From: SAR202 cluster bacterium AG-426-M11 | Lineage (GTDB): Bacteria > Chloroflexota > Dehalococcoidia > Lucifugimonadales > UBA826 | Reading direction: 5' to 3' | Assembly (NCBI GenBank): GCA_003213095.1 | Contig: QCNV01000002.1 | Span: 6,300 to 70,299, forward strand | Length of the DNA: 64,000 bases | Shown here: positions 28,951 through 37,643 of the stretch, piece after piece | Position numbering within the stretch: position 1 is the first letter of the stretch | How the letters are laid out: each line of letters begins with the position of its first letter | Notes under the pieces: generated by a model | Database searches by the model: none | What the model was told of the DNA's origin: nothing | Seen by the model: the letters and a program-made list of their open reading frames with translations, nothing else | Position numbers and translations under genes: made by a program

Positions 28951-30409
28951 AGCAACAGGTTTTAAAGAATTTACCAGGGAAACCCCCAATAGGTTCCCAG
29001 TAGATTTAAGATTAAATAATTTTAATGAATTTTATGAGGATCTAGATACTACTACCGCGGGAACACAGGGGGCTAGATGCATGAATTGCGCTGTACCTTT
29101 TTGTATGAGCGGATGTCCTCTAGGTAACATTATCCCTGATTTCAACCACTTAGTTTACCAAGGCAAATGGCAAGAAGCATTACAAGAATTACATTCTACT
29201 AACAATTTTCCCGAATTTACTGGAAGGATTTGTCCTGCCCCTTGTGAAGCTTCATGTGTATTAAACATCAATGATGATCCAGTAACAATAGAATTTATTG
29301 AAAAAACTATTGTTGACAGAGGATGGAAGGAAGGAATTATTAAACCAAATCCTCCTTCCTATAGAACTAATAAAAGTGTTGCAGTAGTAGGATCAGGGCC
29401 TTCTGGTTTAGCCGCATCTCAACAATTAAATTCTGCTGGTCATACAGTCACAGTTTATGAAAGAGCTGACTATTTAGGAGGATTATTAAGATTAGGTATC
29501 CCGGATTTCAAACTTGAAAAATCCGTAGTTCAACGAAGAATCGACCAAATGACTGAAGAAGGAATTACTTTTGTAACTGGTGCCCATATTGGGCAAAATT
29601 TTCCTGTTCAAGACCTAAAAGAAAATTTTGATTGCATATTACTAACAGGCGGTTCTACTATACCTAGAAATTTGCCCATACCCGGTAGAGAACTTAATGG
29701 AGTCCATTTTGCTATGGATTTCTTAACTCAGCAAAACAAGCTCAACTCTGGAGAATCTATACCCTCAGAAACAATAATTAATGCTGAAGGTAAAAAAGTA
29801 GTAATTCTCGGTGGAGGTGATACAGGATCTGATTGCTTAGGAACTTCTCTGAGGCAAGGAGCAGAGATTGTTTACCAATTAGAACTGTTACCAGAACCTC
29901 CCACAACTAGAAGAGCGAATGATTTATGGCCCAACTGGCCTATGATACTTAGGACTTCATCATCTCACGAAGAAGGTGGTAATAGAGATTATAATATTTT
30001 GACAAAATCATTTAATGGCATTAACGGACAATTAACTTCTTTAACAGCAGTCAAGGTAGATTGGGGAGCTCCAGATGAAAATGGCAGACCTACAATGATA
30101 GAAGTTCCTGATAGCGAATTCGTTTTAGAGGTTGATTTAGTACTTCTAGCCATGGGTTTCTTACACCCTGATAAAAATGGAATGTTGGAACAATTACAAG
30201 TTGAACTAGATCAAAGAGGTAACGTCAAAACGGACTCCAACAAAATGACCAATATACCGGGGGTATTTGCAGCTGGGGATATGTCGAGAGGACAATCTTT
30301 AGTTGTGTGGGCTATTGCAGAAGGAAGAGAAGCTGCCCGAGGAATTGACAAATACTTAATGGGAGATACCCTACTCCCAAAATCCGCAAGCAGTTATATA
30401 GCTAGATAA
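28943..30409 (+). CDS. gltD: Glutamate synthase small subunit (NADPH)
   Basis: 'RCMNCAVPFC', 'CPAPCE', 'VAVVGSGPSGLAA', 'FAAGD'. There is an 8-nt overlap with gltB. Confidence 0.95.
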   Translation: MGKATGFKEFTRETPNRFPVDLRLNNFNEFYEDLDTTTAGTQGARCMNCAVPFCMSGCPLGNIIPDFNHLVYQGKWQEALQELHSTNNFPEFTGRICPAPCEASCVLNINDDPVTIEFIEKTIVDRGWKEGIIKPNPPSYRTNKSVAVVGSGPSGLAASQQLNSAGHTVTVYERADYLGGLLRLGIPDFKLEKSVVQRRIDQMTEEGITFVTGAHIGQNFPVQDLKENFDCILLTGGSTIPRNLPIPGRELNGVHFAMDFLTQQNKLNSGESIPSETIINAEGKKVVILGGGDTGSDCLGTSLRQGAEIVYQLELLPEPPTTRRANDLWPNWPMILRTSSSHEEGGNRDYNILTKSFNGINGQLTSLTAVKVDWGAPDENGRPTMIEVPDSEFVLEVDLVLLAMGFLHPDKNGMLEQLQVELDQRGNVKTDSNKMTNIPGVFAAGDMSRGQSLVVWAIAEGREAARGIDKYLMGDTLLPKSASSYIAR

Positions 30410-30422
30410 CTAGGAGAAAGAT

Positions 30423-31436
30423 ATGGCAGACTTAAAAATCGCAATGATAGCTAGAAGTGAACCTGATACTGAATTAGTCAAAAAACAACTCCAAGGAATT
30501 GATTACGATTTTGATGTTTATGTGTGTAACAGTGAAGGAGAAGCTATGGAAGCTGTTAAAGGTGTTGATTTAATTATAAATCAAGGAGTCAAAATGCCTA
30601 AAACAGTTATTGACGAGATAGATTCTGCTAAGGCTATTGTAAGCTTTGCGCATGGTTTTGATCATATTGACCATGAAGCTGCAACAGATAATTCCGTAAT
30701 GGTAGTTAATACTGCAGGATTTTGTACTGAGGAAGTTTCAAACCACGCAATTATGATGGTGTTAGCTTGTGCAAAAAAACTAGTAATTTTAGATAAGCTA
30801 ACTCGTGCTGGTAAATGGGGAGAAGAAACAAGGCAAGTCATGAATAATATGGTTCCTGTAACTGATCAAACTTTAGGATTAGTTGGATTGGGTAATATCG
30901 GACGTGCAGTAGCTAGAAAAGCTCAAGCATTAGGTATTTCTGTTATTGCATACGACCCTTTCGTAGCTCCATGGTTAGCTCGAGAGTACCGCGTAGAATT
31001 GGTAGGAAGCTTAAATGAGCTAGCTGGTAGATCTGATTTTGTTTCAATGCATACTCCATTAAATAATCAAACCAAAAAACTTGTTGGAGAAAACTTTTTT
31101 AATTCTATGAAAGAAACAGCGTATTTTATAAATACGTGCAGAGGTGGGACAGTAGATGAAATTGCTTTAATTAATGCATTAAATTCTCAAAAAATTTCGG
31201 GGGCAGGAATTGATGTTTTTGACGTAGAGCCTACTGCAACAGATAACCCATTGTTTAAAATGGATAACGTAATTGTCACTCCACACTCTGCCGGCACTTC
31301 AAACAGAGCAAGAATTGCAGCCCAAATACAAGTAGGACAAGAAGCTGCTCGCCTGCTAAACGGAACATGGCCAATGTCATTAGTAAACCCAGAAGTCAGA
31401 GCACAAATTGATGTAAGACCACTTGCTACTAGTTAA
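30423..31436 (+). CDS. D-isomer-specific 2-hydroxyacid dehydrogenase (PGDH/CtBP family)
   Basis: 'GLVGLGNIGRAVARKA' NAD-binding motif, 'NTCRGG', 'DVF..EP', 'VTPHSAG'. Confidence 0.8.
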   Translation: MADLKIAMIARSEPDTELVKKQLQGIDYDFDVYVCNSEGEAMEAVKGVDLIINQGVKMPKTVIDEIDSAKAIVSFAHGFDHIDHEAATDNSVMVVNTAGFCTEEVSNHAIMMVLACAKKLVILDKLTRAGKWGEETRQVMNNMVPVTDQTLGLVGLGNIGRAVARKAQALGISVIAYDPFVAPWLAREYRVELVGSLNELAGRSDFVSMHTPLNNQTKKLVGENFFNSMKETAYFINTCRGGTVDEIALINALNSQKISGAGIDVFDVEPTATDNPLFKMDNVIVTPHSAGTSNRARIAAQIQVGQEAARLLNGTWPMSLVNPEVRAQIDVRPLATS

Positions 31437-31480
31437 ATTTAACTAATTCTTACAAATCAAGATTTCAAGATAGGTTAAGT

Positions 31481-32317
31481 TTGATAGATTTTCACACACA
31501 TATTCTTCCATCGGAAATCATAAAGAATTTAGATCAATACACACAAAAAGATAACACACTAAAAATCTTATTTGATCATCCCAAAAGTAAGTTTGCCACT
31601 GCAGAATTACTTATAGAAAAGATGAGCGAGTATCAAATTTGTAAATCTGTAGTTTTAGGAATGGGGTGGACTGATCCTGGATTAAATTCATTTATCAACG
31701 ATTATATTCTTGATTCAGCTAATAATTCTAAAGGAAAAATTATCCCTTTTACTGGAATTAATCCATCTAATTTAAAATCTGGAATTAATGAAGCAATAAG
31801 ATGCATTGAATTGGGAAGTAAAGGTTTAGGAGAAATTCATAGTGATTTTCAAAACTTCAATATTAATGACAAAGAATTAATGGAACCATATATGAGAATT
31901 TTAGAAGAATCTAATCTACCAATAGTCATTCATGCTTCAGAACCCGTGGGTCATATTTACCCAGGAAAAGGATCTACTACACCTGAAAAACTATTAAAAA
32001 CCATAGAATACTTCCCAAAAAATATTTTTGTTCTATCTCATTGGGGAGGTGGATTATTTTTCTATGAATTGATGCCTGAAATTGCAAAATCACTTAAAAA
32101 TGTATTTTATGACTGTTCTGCTTCACCATTGTTATATGATTCTAGAATTTACGAAATAGCTTTGAAAATCATAGATTCCAAAAAATTACTTTTTGGATCA
32201 GATTTCCCACTGATAGAGCCATCTAGAATAACTAAATATATAGATAATCTTGAGATAGACAAAAAACAATTAGATAATATTTACTGGAAAAATGCTCAAA
32301 AGATTCTATCTGTTTAA
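31481..32317 (+). CDS. Amidohydrolase-2 (TIM-barrel metal-dependent hydrolase) family protein
   Basis: 'IDFHTHILP' HxH metal site, 'IHA', 'SHWGGG', 'LFGSDFPL'. TTG start. Confidence 0.65.
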   Translation: MIDFHTHILPSEIIKNLDQYTQKDNTLKILFDHPKSKFATAELLIEKMSEYQICKSVVLGMGWTDPGLNSFINDYILDSANNSKGKIIPFTGINPSNLKSGINEAIRCIELGSKGLGEIHSDFQNFNINDKELMEPYMRILEESNLPIVIHASEPVGHIYPGKGSTTPEKLLKTIEYFPKNIFVLSHWGGGLFFYELMPEIAKSLKNVFYDCSASPLLYDSRIYEIALKIIDSKKLLFGSDFPLIEPSRITKYIDNLEIDKKQLDNIYWKNAQKILSV

Positions 32318-32393
32318 GTCGTTAAATTAATCACAAACCTATGCTATACTCAAACTTAGATTAAAAACCCGGTGGTGGGAAAAGAGGTAAAAA

Positions 32394-32606
32394 ATGTCAG
32401 AAAATTCATGGCCTGAATGTCAAGAATGCTCCTCAGGAAGTTTGCTTCCATTGTCAGATTTTGGTAGCCAAGGGGCACCAATTCATTATAAAGCGTGGGT
32501 GTGTACTGCATCTTCATGCGGTTACAATATTAAAATTCGAAATGGTGATGTCTATATTAACGAACCTATCGCAAGTGGGGCATCTCATTCTCCAAGGCCA
32601 AGATAA
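32394..32606 (+). CDS. Small zinc-ribbon protein (70 aa), function unknown
   Basis: CxxC (CQEC) and CTASSC pairs about 24 aa apart. Strong SD 'AAGAGG' lies 7 nt upstream of the ATG. Confidence 0.5.
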   Translation: MSENSWPECQECSSGSLLPLSDFGSQGAPIHYKAWVCTASSCGYNIKIRNGDVYINEPIASGASHSPRPR

Positions 32607-32627
32607 GTTCTTTCATAAACCATATCT

Positions 32628-32647
32628 ATCCCTAAAGGGGATTTTTT
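32628..32647 (+). terminator. Short hairpin plus T6 between the zinc-ribbon ORF and the sortase gene
   Basis: atccc-taaag-gggat followed by tttttt, ending 1 nt before the sortase ATG. The stem is only 5 bp. Confidence 0.25.
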
Positions 32648-32648
32648 A

Positions 32649-33446
32649 ATGGGATTATTGATTCGTAATAAGATTGTTATTCTGCCCTTAATTGTAGGCA
32701 TAGTTTTGCTATTAATAGGATTTTTAATACTATCGCTAAACTTTAATTCTAGAAATGGAAATAACCTTCTCAATATTTCAAAATCAATTAACTCCGATTT
32801 CACTGATCAAAAAAACATCTTAATTACTAACAACATTATTACAAATTATTCCAATAATTCATTAATTAATGTTTATCACCCCAAATCGTGGCTTACATCT
32901 AGATGGATGAATTTAAACTATGATAATTTTTACATATATAATCATGATAAATTTTCTTCAGAAATACTTTCAAATTTATCTATATCAAAATTATCTGGAA
33001 CCCCTATTCAAATAGTCATACCACACATAAAAGTAAATTCTGCTGTAGAAAACCTAAAAGTAATCTCTATAGACGGGATTAAATCTTTTGATTCTCCTAA
33101 AAATATAGTTGGCAGGATTCCTAATGAATTTTTGGGATCCACAGATGCAACAGGATGGTATTTCGGACATTTAGAAAGCCCTATAAAAGGTGAAGGAAAT
33201 GTGTTTCAAGAATTACCCAATATTGCAAATGCAATTAAAAATGGAGATGTAGTTTATGTTTATTTAATCGGAGAAAATTATCAGTTAGTTTATGAAGCAT
33301 ACTCTTCTGAAGAAATTCACGAGGATGACCTAATAATTTTTAATCCGGGATTAGACATTATCAAGCTAGTCACATGTTCAAACAGGCCATTTTATGACTA
33401 CAGATTCATAGTTTCAGCAAAACTTATCGGAGAAATCAAAAAGTAA
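32649..33446 (+). CDS. Sortase-family transpeptidase, N-terminally membrane-anchored
   Basis: TM helix 'IVILPLIVGIVLLLIGFLILSL'. 'IVIPHIKVNSAV', catalytic-type 'FGH', 'KLVTCS' (TLxTC) and 'YRFIVSA' (Arg) are in sortase order. Confidence 0.7.
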   Translation: MGLLIRNKIVILPLIVGIVLLLIGFLILSLNFNSRNGNNLLNISKSINSDFTDQKNILITNNIITNYSNNSLINVYHPKSWLTSRWMNLNYDNFYIYNHDKFSSEILSNLSISKLSGTPIQIVIPHIKVNSAVENLKVISIDGIKSFDSPKNIVGRIPNEFLGSTDATGWYFGHLESPIKGEGNVFQELPNIANAIKNGDVVYVYLIGENYQLVYEAYSSEEIHEDDLIIFNPGLDIIKLVTCSNRPFYDYRFIVSAKLIGEIKK

Positions 33447-34322
33447 TTATGCTAATACTTCCCTCATCACATCAAAAAACTGATTTGATGGGGTGGAAAA
33501 GCTTTTTCCCGGCAATGTAAGTAATCCTGCTTGATCTACGGGTAAATAATTAGCAAGTGACAACACTTCTAATTCTTCTAAATCATCTTCTTCAATTGCT
33601 AATTTGGGACCAACAGATATCCCCATGCCTAAAGCCACAAATTTCTTAATCATATCCATACTTTCTAATTCCATCACTACATCATAAGCAATATTTTTTT
33701 TCTGAAATTGCTCCTCAACAATTTCTCTAGTATATGTCCCTTTAGCCATCATAATTAAAGGAAATTTTGCTACATCTTCCAAGTCAATAAACTCTTTAGT
33801 TAACAACTCATGATTTTTAGGGGCAATGAGAACTCTTTCATATAAAAACAGTGGCTCGAAATGTAAATCAGTTCCTCTATCTGGATGCTGAATAATTCCA
33901 GCATCTGCATCGCCTGTTTTCACCATGTTAGTTACTTCTGTTCGATTGCCAGAAATGATTTTAATAAAAACATCAGGAAATCGAATATTAAACTCTTTGA
34001 CTACCGTAAGCAGGGTGTGAGGAATAATATCAGGAGTAGCTGCAATAATCACAGGACCTTTTTCTTCTGCTGCAGAAGTCTTAGCTGCTAGAGAATCTAA
34101 TCCGTCTAAAAGTGGTTTAATCAGATCATAAATCATTTGACCCGACAAAGTCACACCAATTGGTCTAGTAACTCTATCGAATAAAACCATAGATAATTCT
34201 TGTTCTAGTTTTTTAATATGAGTAGTAACTGTTGGTTGCCCACAACCCAGCTCATGTGCAGCCTTAGAAATACTTCTATTTCTAGCTGCAGACTCAAAAC
34301 TTCTCAAATCTCTTATTTCCAA
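33447..34322 (-). CDS. LysR-family transcriptional regulator
   Basis: N-terminal wHTH 'ISKAAHELGCGQPTVTTHIKKLE' plus a LysR substrate-binding domain. TTG start preceded by 'AAGGTGGG'. Confidence 0.88.
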   Translation of the reverse strand: MEIRDLRSFESAARNRSISKAAHELGCGQPTVTTHIKKLEQELSMVLFDRVTRPIGVTLSGQMIYDLIKPLLDGLDSLAAKTSAAEEKGPVIIAATPDIIPHTLLTVVKEFNIRFPDVFIKIISGNRTEVTNMVKTGDADAGIIQHPDRGTDLHFEPLFLYERVLIAPKNHELLTKEFIDLEDVAKFPLIMMAKGTYTREIVEEQFQKKNIAYDVVMELESMDMIKKFVALGMGISVGPKLAIEEDDLEELEVLSLANYLPVDQAGLLTLPGKSFSTPSNQFFDVMREVLA

Positions 34323-34334
34323 AAGCCCACCTTG

Positions 34335-34353
34335 TTATTTGTTTTAAAGATAA
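34335..34353. promoter_or_regulatory. Candidate LysR T-N11-A box (TTAT-N11-ATAA)
   Basis: ttat-ttgttttaaag-ataa lies 13 nt upstream of the LysR start, in the divergent region toward ftsY. Such motifs arise easily by chance in AT-rich DNA. Confidence 0.3.
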
Positions 34354-34422
34354 TTGTAAATAGTTTTATTACCCCTGTAAATACTTATAATGAGATGATA
34401 AATTAATCACTGAGAAAAAAAT

Positions 34423-35337
34423 ATGTATAGAAATAAAAATAAAAACTTAAGTACTGCTTTTTCAAAAACCAAAAATTCTTTATTTGGGCAAATCCCCTCA
34501 CTGTTCAAATCTTCACAACTTACATCAAGTGATTTAGAAGAATTAGAAGATATATTAATCAGTTCAGATGTTGGAATGAATTCAACTCAAAAAATCATTG
34601 AATCTATTCAAACAACTATAAATAAAAACAAACAGAATACGGGCAATTTAAGCACTCTAATTCAAAATGAAATCCTAAACATATTAAAATCATCTAAAAA
34701 TGACGATATTTCTAAACAAGATAACTTTCCTAAAATACTAATAATGGCAGGAGTCAACGGAGTTGGTAAAACCACTGCTATTGCAAAAATTTCTAATTTT
34801 TTTCAACAACAAGGAAAAACTATTTTATGTGGCGCCGCTGATACTTATAGAGCTGCAGCAATAGATCAAATCAAAGTATGGGGCGAGAAAGAAAACTTTG
34901 ATGTAATATCTCATCAACCTGGAAGCGATCCTAGCGCAGTAGCTTTTGACACAATATCTGCAGCAAAAAAAAGAAATATTGATTTAGTTCTCATAGATAC
35001 AGCAGGAAGATTACATGAAAATTCAAATTTAATGGATGAATTTAAAAAAATTCATAGAGTCCTAAATCAAGCTAAAGAGAATTTCAAATTAAATGTCTTA
35101 TTAACCTTAGACGCAACTACCGGACAAAATGGGCTCTTACAAGCAAAGGCATTTAATGAAACTGTTAAATGCGATGGCATTTTTTTAACAAAATTAGACG
35201 GGACATCTAAGGCTGGAATTATTATACCGATCATTGAAGAACTAAATATACCTATTTCGTTTATTGGAACAGGAGAACAATCATCTGACATATCTATATT
35301 CAACCCTAACTTATTTTCCAAATATGTCTTTAACTAA
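34423..35337 (+). CDS. ftsY: Signal recognition particle receptor FtsY
   Basis: SRP GTPase motifs 'GVNGVGKTT', 'DTAGRL', 'TKLDGTSKAG'. Confidence 0.93.
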   Translation: MYRNKNKNLSTAFSKTKNSLFGQIPSLFKSSQLTSSDLEELEDILISSDVGMNSTQKIIESIQTTINKNKQNTGNLSTLIQNEILNILKSSKNDDISKQDNFPKILIMAGVNGVGKTTAIAKISNFFQQQGKTILCGAADTYRAAAIDQIKVWGEKENFDVISHQPGSDPSAVAFDTISAAKKRNIDLVLIDTAGRLHENSNLMDEFKKIHRVLNQAKENFKLNVLLTLDATTGQNGLLQAKAFNETVKCDGIFLTKLDGTSKAGIIIPIIEELNIPISFIGTGEQSSDISIFNPNLFSKYVFN

Positions 35338-35351
35338 ATAGAAATTTAATC

Positions 35352-37643
35352 ATGAGCATTATTCTGTGGATCTTAACACTAGAAATTTTAGGCATAATTA
35401 CCCATCTATTAATATTTAATTTATTTAAAAATTTCTCATATCTAGGATTCTCTATAGCTAAGCCATTATTTTTACTTTTGTTTGGTGGACTGACATGGTC
35501 ATTACACGCATTAACTCCTATTGAGATATCACCTATAACATTAATAGGTTTGGTATTTGTATACGTGGCATTTTGCATATATTTTAGTAGGCGGTTTATA
35601 GTTTCATACATTAATTCAATAAAATCGAATTCACTGATAATTGGTTATATATTTTGTAGTTCTCTAATCATATTTGGTATTTTTTTACTCATAAAATCAT
35701 TAGATCCTTCAATTTCTCACACAGAACAACCAATGGATTTTGCTTTTTTAAATGCAATTTACAACACTTATATTAACCTACCCATGGACCCTTGGTTCAA
35801 AGGAGAAGTAATACATTATTATTACTTTGGATATTGGATTTTCGGCAAATACGGAACACTACTTTATATACCATCACAAATAACTTACAACTTAGCGATA
35901 ATTTCAATTCCATACCTATCTTTCAGTGCAATTTCCGGAATATTAATATACTTAATTAATCTGAAGTCTGTCAGATTTAAAAAATTATTAGTTCCCACTA
36001 TTTTTGCATCTTCTAGTTTAGTTTTCTTAGGAAATCTATATACCCCACTAAAAATGCTTCAAGAAAATTTCAAAATGCCTAAAACATTTTGGGATTTCTG
36101 GTGTGTAGAAGGGCTCTCAAGCTCAGAAATCTCTATAAATCCTAGTTTATTTCCTCAAGAATTTTGGTGGTGGTTCAAAAGTACTAGAATAATTAACCAT
36201 TTTGGAAACAAATGCGATCAGCCCGGAGTTGATTACACAATCAATGAATTTCCATTTTTTAGTTTCTTATTAGGAGATTTACACCCTCATGTAATGAGCA
36301 TCCCATTCGTTGTCACTTATATAATTTTTGCAGTTATTATTGCAAAAAACCCTACAATTGATCCAATTAAAAACATTGTTTATTTCATCTTATTAGGATT
36401 AATAGGATGGAGTATTACTTTCCTTAGTGTATGGAATATTTCAATAATTACATTGATTATTATAGGGATTTCCCTATTAAAAATATTGAATTATCAAAAT
36501 TATTCAAAAAACCAATTAATTGTATTCATTTCATTATTAGCGGCAATATCAGCAATACTGATATTGCCGCTAATAAATTCATTTGGATCTTCAATTCATG
36601 GAATTTATGCAACAAATATACAAAGTGATTTTTCACAAGAGGTAATTATTTGGTTTCCATTTTTATTAATCCATTTTATTTATTTAAGCCTAATAATCTG
36701 TAGACATCCTATAGGTAAAAACTGGAAAAAATCTTTATTGGTATCAGTAACAGTTGTAATTTCCCCAATATTTATTGCATTATTTTTACCATCAATCAAT
36801 CCAGAACTCACTAACAAAACATTTACTGGATTTTTATTTTTATTTTTTTCTGCCACCAGTATTTTTTACACGTTTTCTTTAAATCAAAATTATTTAAACC
36901 ACAAATCGGTCATTCCACTTGCATTAATTGGAGTGGCGTTCTTCATGTTAGCTATCCCAGAATTCGTATTTATAGGTGATATTTTTAATAACAGAATGAA
37001 TACAATATTTAAATCTTATTATCTAGCATGGATTTTATTATCAATTACAAGCGGAATATGTTTATATGAAGTACAGAATGTTTTGATTAAAAAAACAATA
37101 GTTAAAAAAATCTCATTAATGTCAGTAATCTTGATCCCATTTTTGTTAGGACTTTTATACATTCCTGCTACAGTTCAAAATATTATGCCAAATTCATATA
37201 AATTCTCAATAGATGGCTTTTCTCACATCAAAAAGTATAGTCCTCATACCCATAATGCTATCTTTTATGCAAAAAAACATATCCCACCCGAAGAAGGAAT
37301 TTTAGAGTCTGTGGGTGAATGGAATAATTTTGGAGTCATTTCTAGTAATACTGGAATCAGTAATATTATCAATTGGCCTGACCATGAAAAACAATGGAGA
37401 GGAAACAATTTAGAAATTCAATCTAGAGTAAAAAACGTAGACATTATTTTCAAAACAACTAATCTCAATGAAGCCAGGCAACTTTTAGACCTATATGGCA
37501 TCAGTTTTATATTCATAGGACAAAATGAATCAATTAAATATAATCCAGTATCATTAAAAAAATTCAACTTAATGGCAACTACAATATTTTCAGAAACATA
37601 TAATGGGCAAGAAATTAAAATCATGAAACTAAATAATGAATAA
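35352..37643 (+). CDS. DUF2298 / TIGR03662 'Chlor_Arch_YYY' polytopic membrane protein
   Basis: 763 aa, more than 15 hydrophobic segments, and the family-defining YYYxG motif ('EVIHYYYFGYW'). Confidence 0.75.
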   Translation: MSIILWILTLEILGIITHLLIFNLFKNFSYLGFSIAKPLFLLLFGGLTWSLHALTPIEISPITLIGLVFVYVAFCIYFSRRFIVSYINSIKSNSLIIGYIFCSSLIIFGIFLLIKSLDPSISHTEQPMDFAFLNAIYNTYINLPMDPWFKGEVIHYYYFGYWIFGKYGTLLYIPSQITYNLAIISIPYLSFSAISGILIYLINLKSVRFKKLLVPTIFASSSLVFLGNLYTPLKMLQENFKMPKTFWDFWCVEGLSSSEISINPSLFPQEFWWWFKSTRIINHFGNKCDQPGVDYTINEFPFFSFLLGDLHPHVMSIPFVVTYIIFAVIIAKNPTIDPIKNIVYFILLGLIGWSITFLSVWNISIITLIIIGISLLKILNYQNYSKNQLIVFISLLAAISAILILPLINSFGSSIHGIYATNIQSDFSQEVIIWFPFLLIHFIYLSLIICRHPIGKNWKKSLLVSVTVVISPIFIALFLPSINPELTNKTFTGFLFLFFSATSIFYTFSLNQNYLNHKSVIPLALIGVAFFMLAIPEFVFIGDIFNNRMNTIFKSYYLAWILLSITSGICLYEVQNVLIKKTIVKKISLMSVILIPFLLGLLYIPATVQNIMPNSYKFSIDGFSHIKKYSPHTHNAIFYAKKHIPPEEGILESVGEWNNFGVISSNTGISNIINWPDHEKQWRGNNLEIQSRVKNVDIIFKTTNLNEARQLLDLYGISFIFIGQNESIKYNPVSLKKFNLMATTIFSETYNGQEIKIMKLNNE

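Noticed and set aside
32461-32649. A 62-aa ORF overlapping the zinc-ribbon ORF in another frame, and a 72-aa minus-strand ORF at 32585-32803.
   Set aside because: There is no RBS and no motif. They overlap the better-supported zinc-ribbon ORF (strong SD, paired Cys motifs) and the sortase N-terminus.
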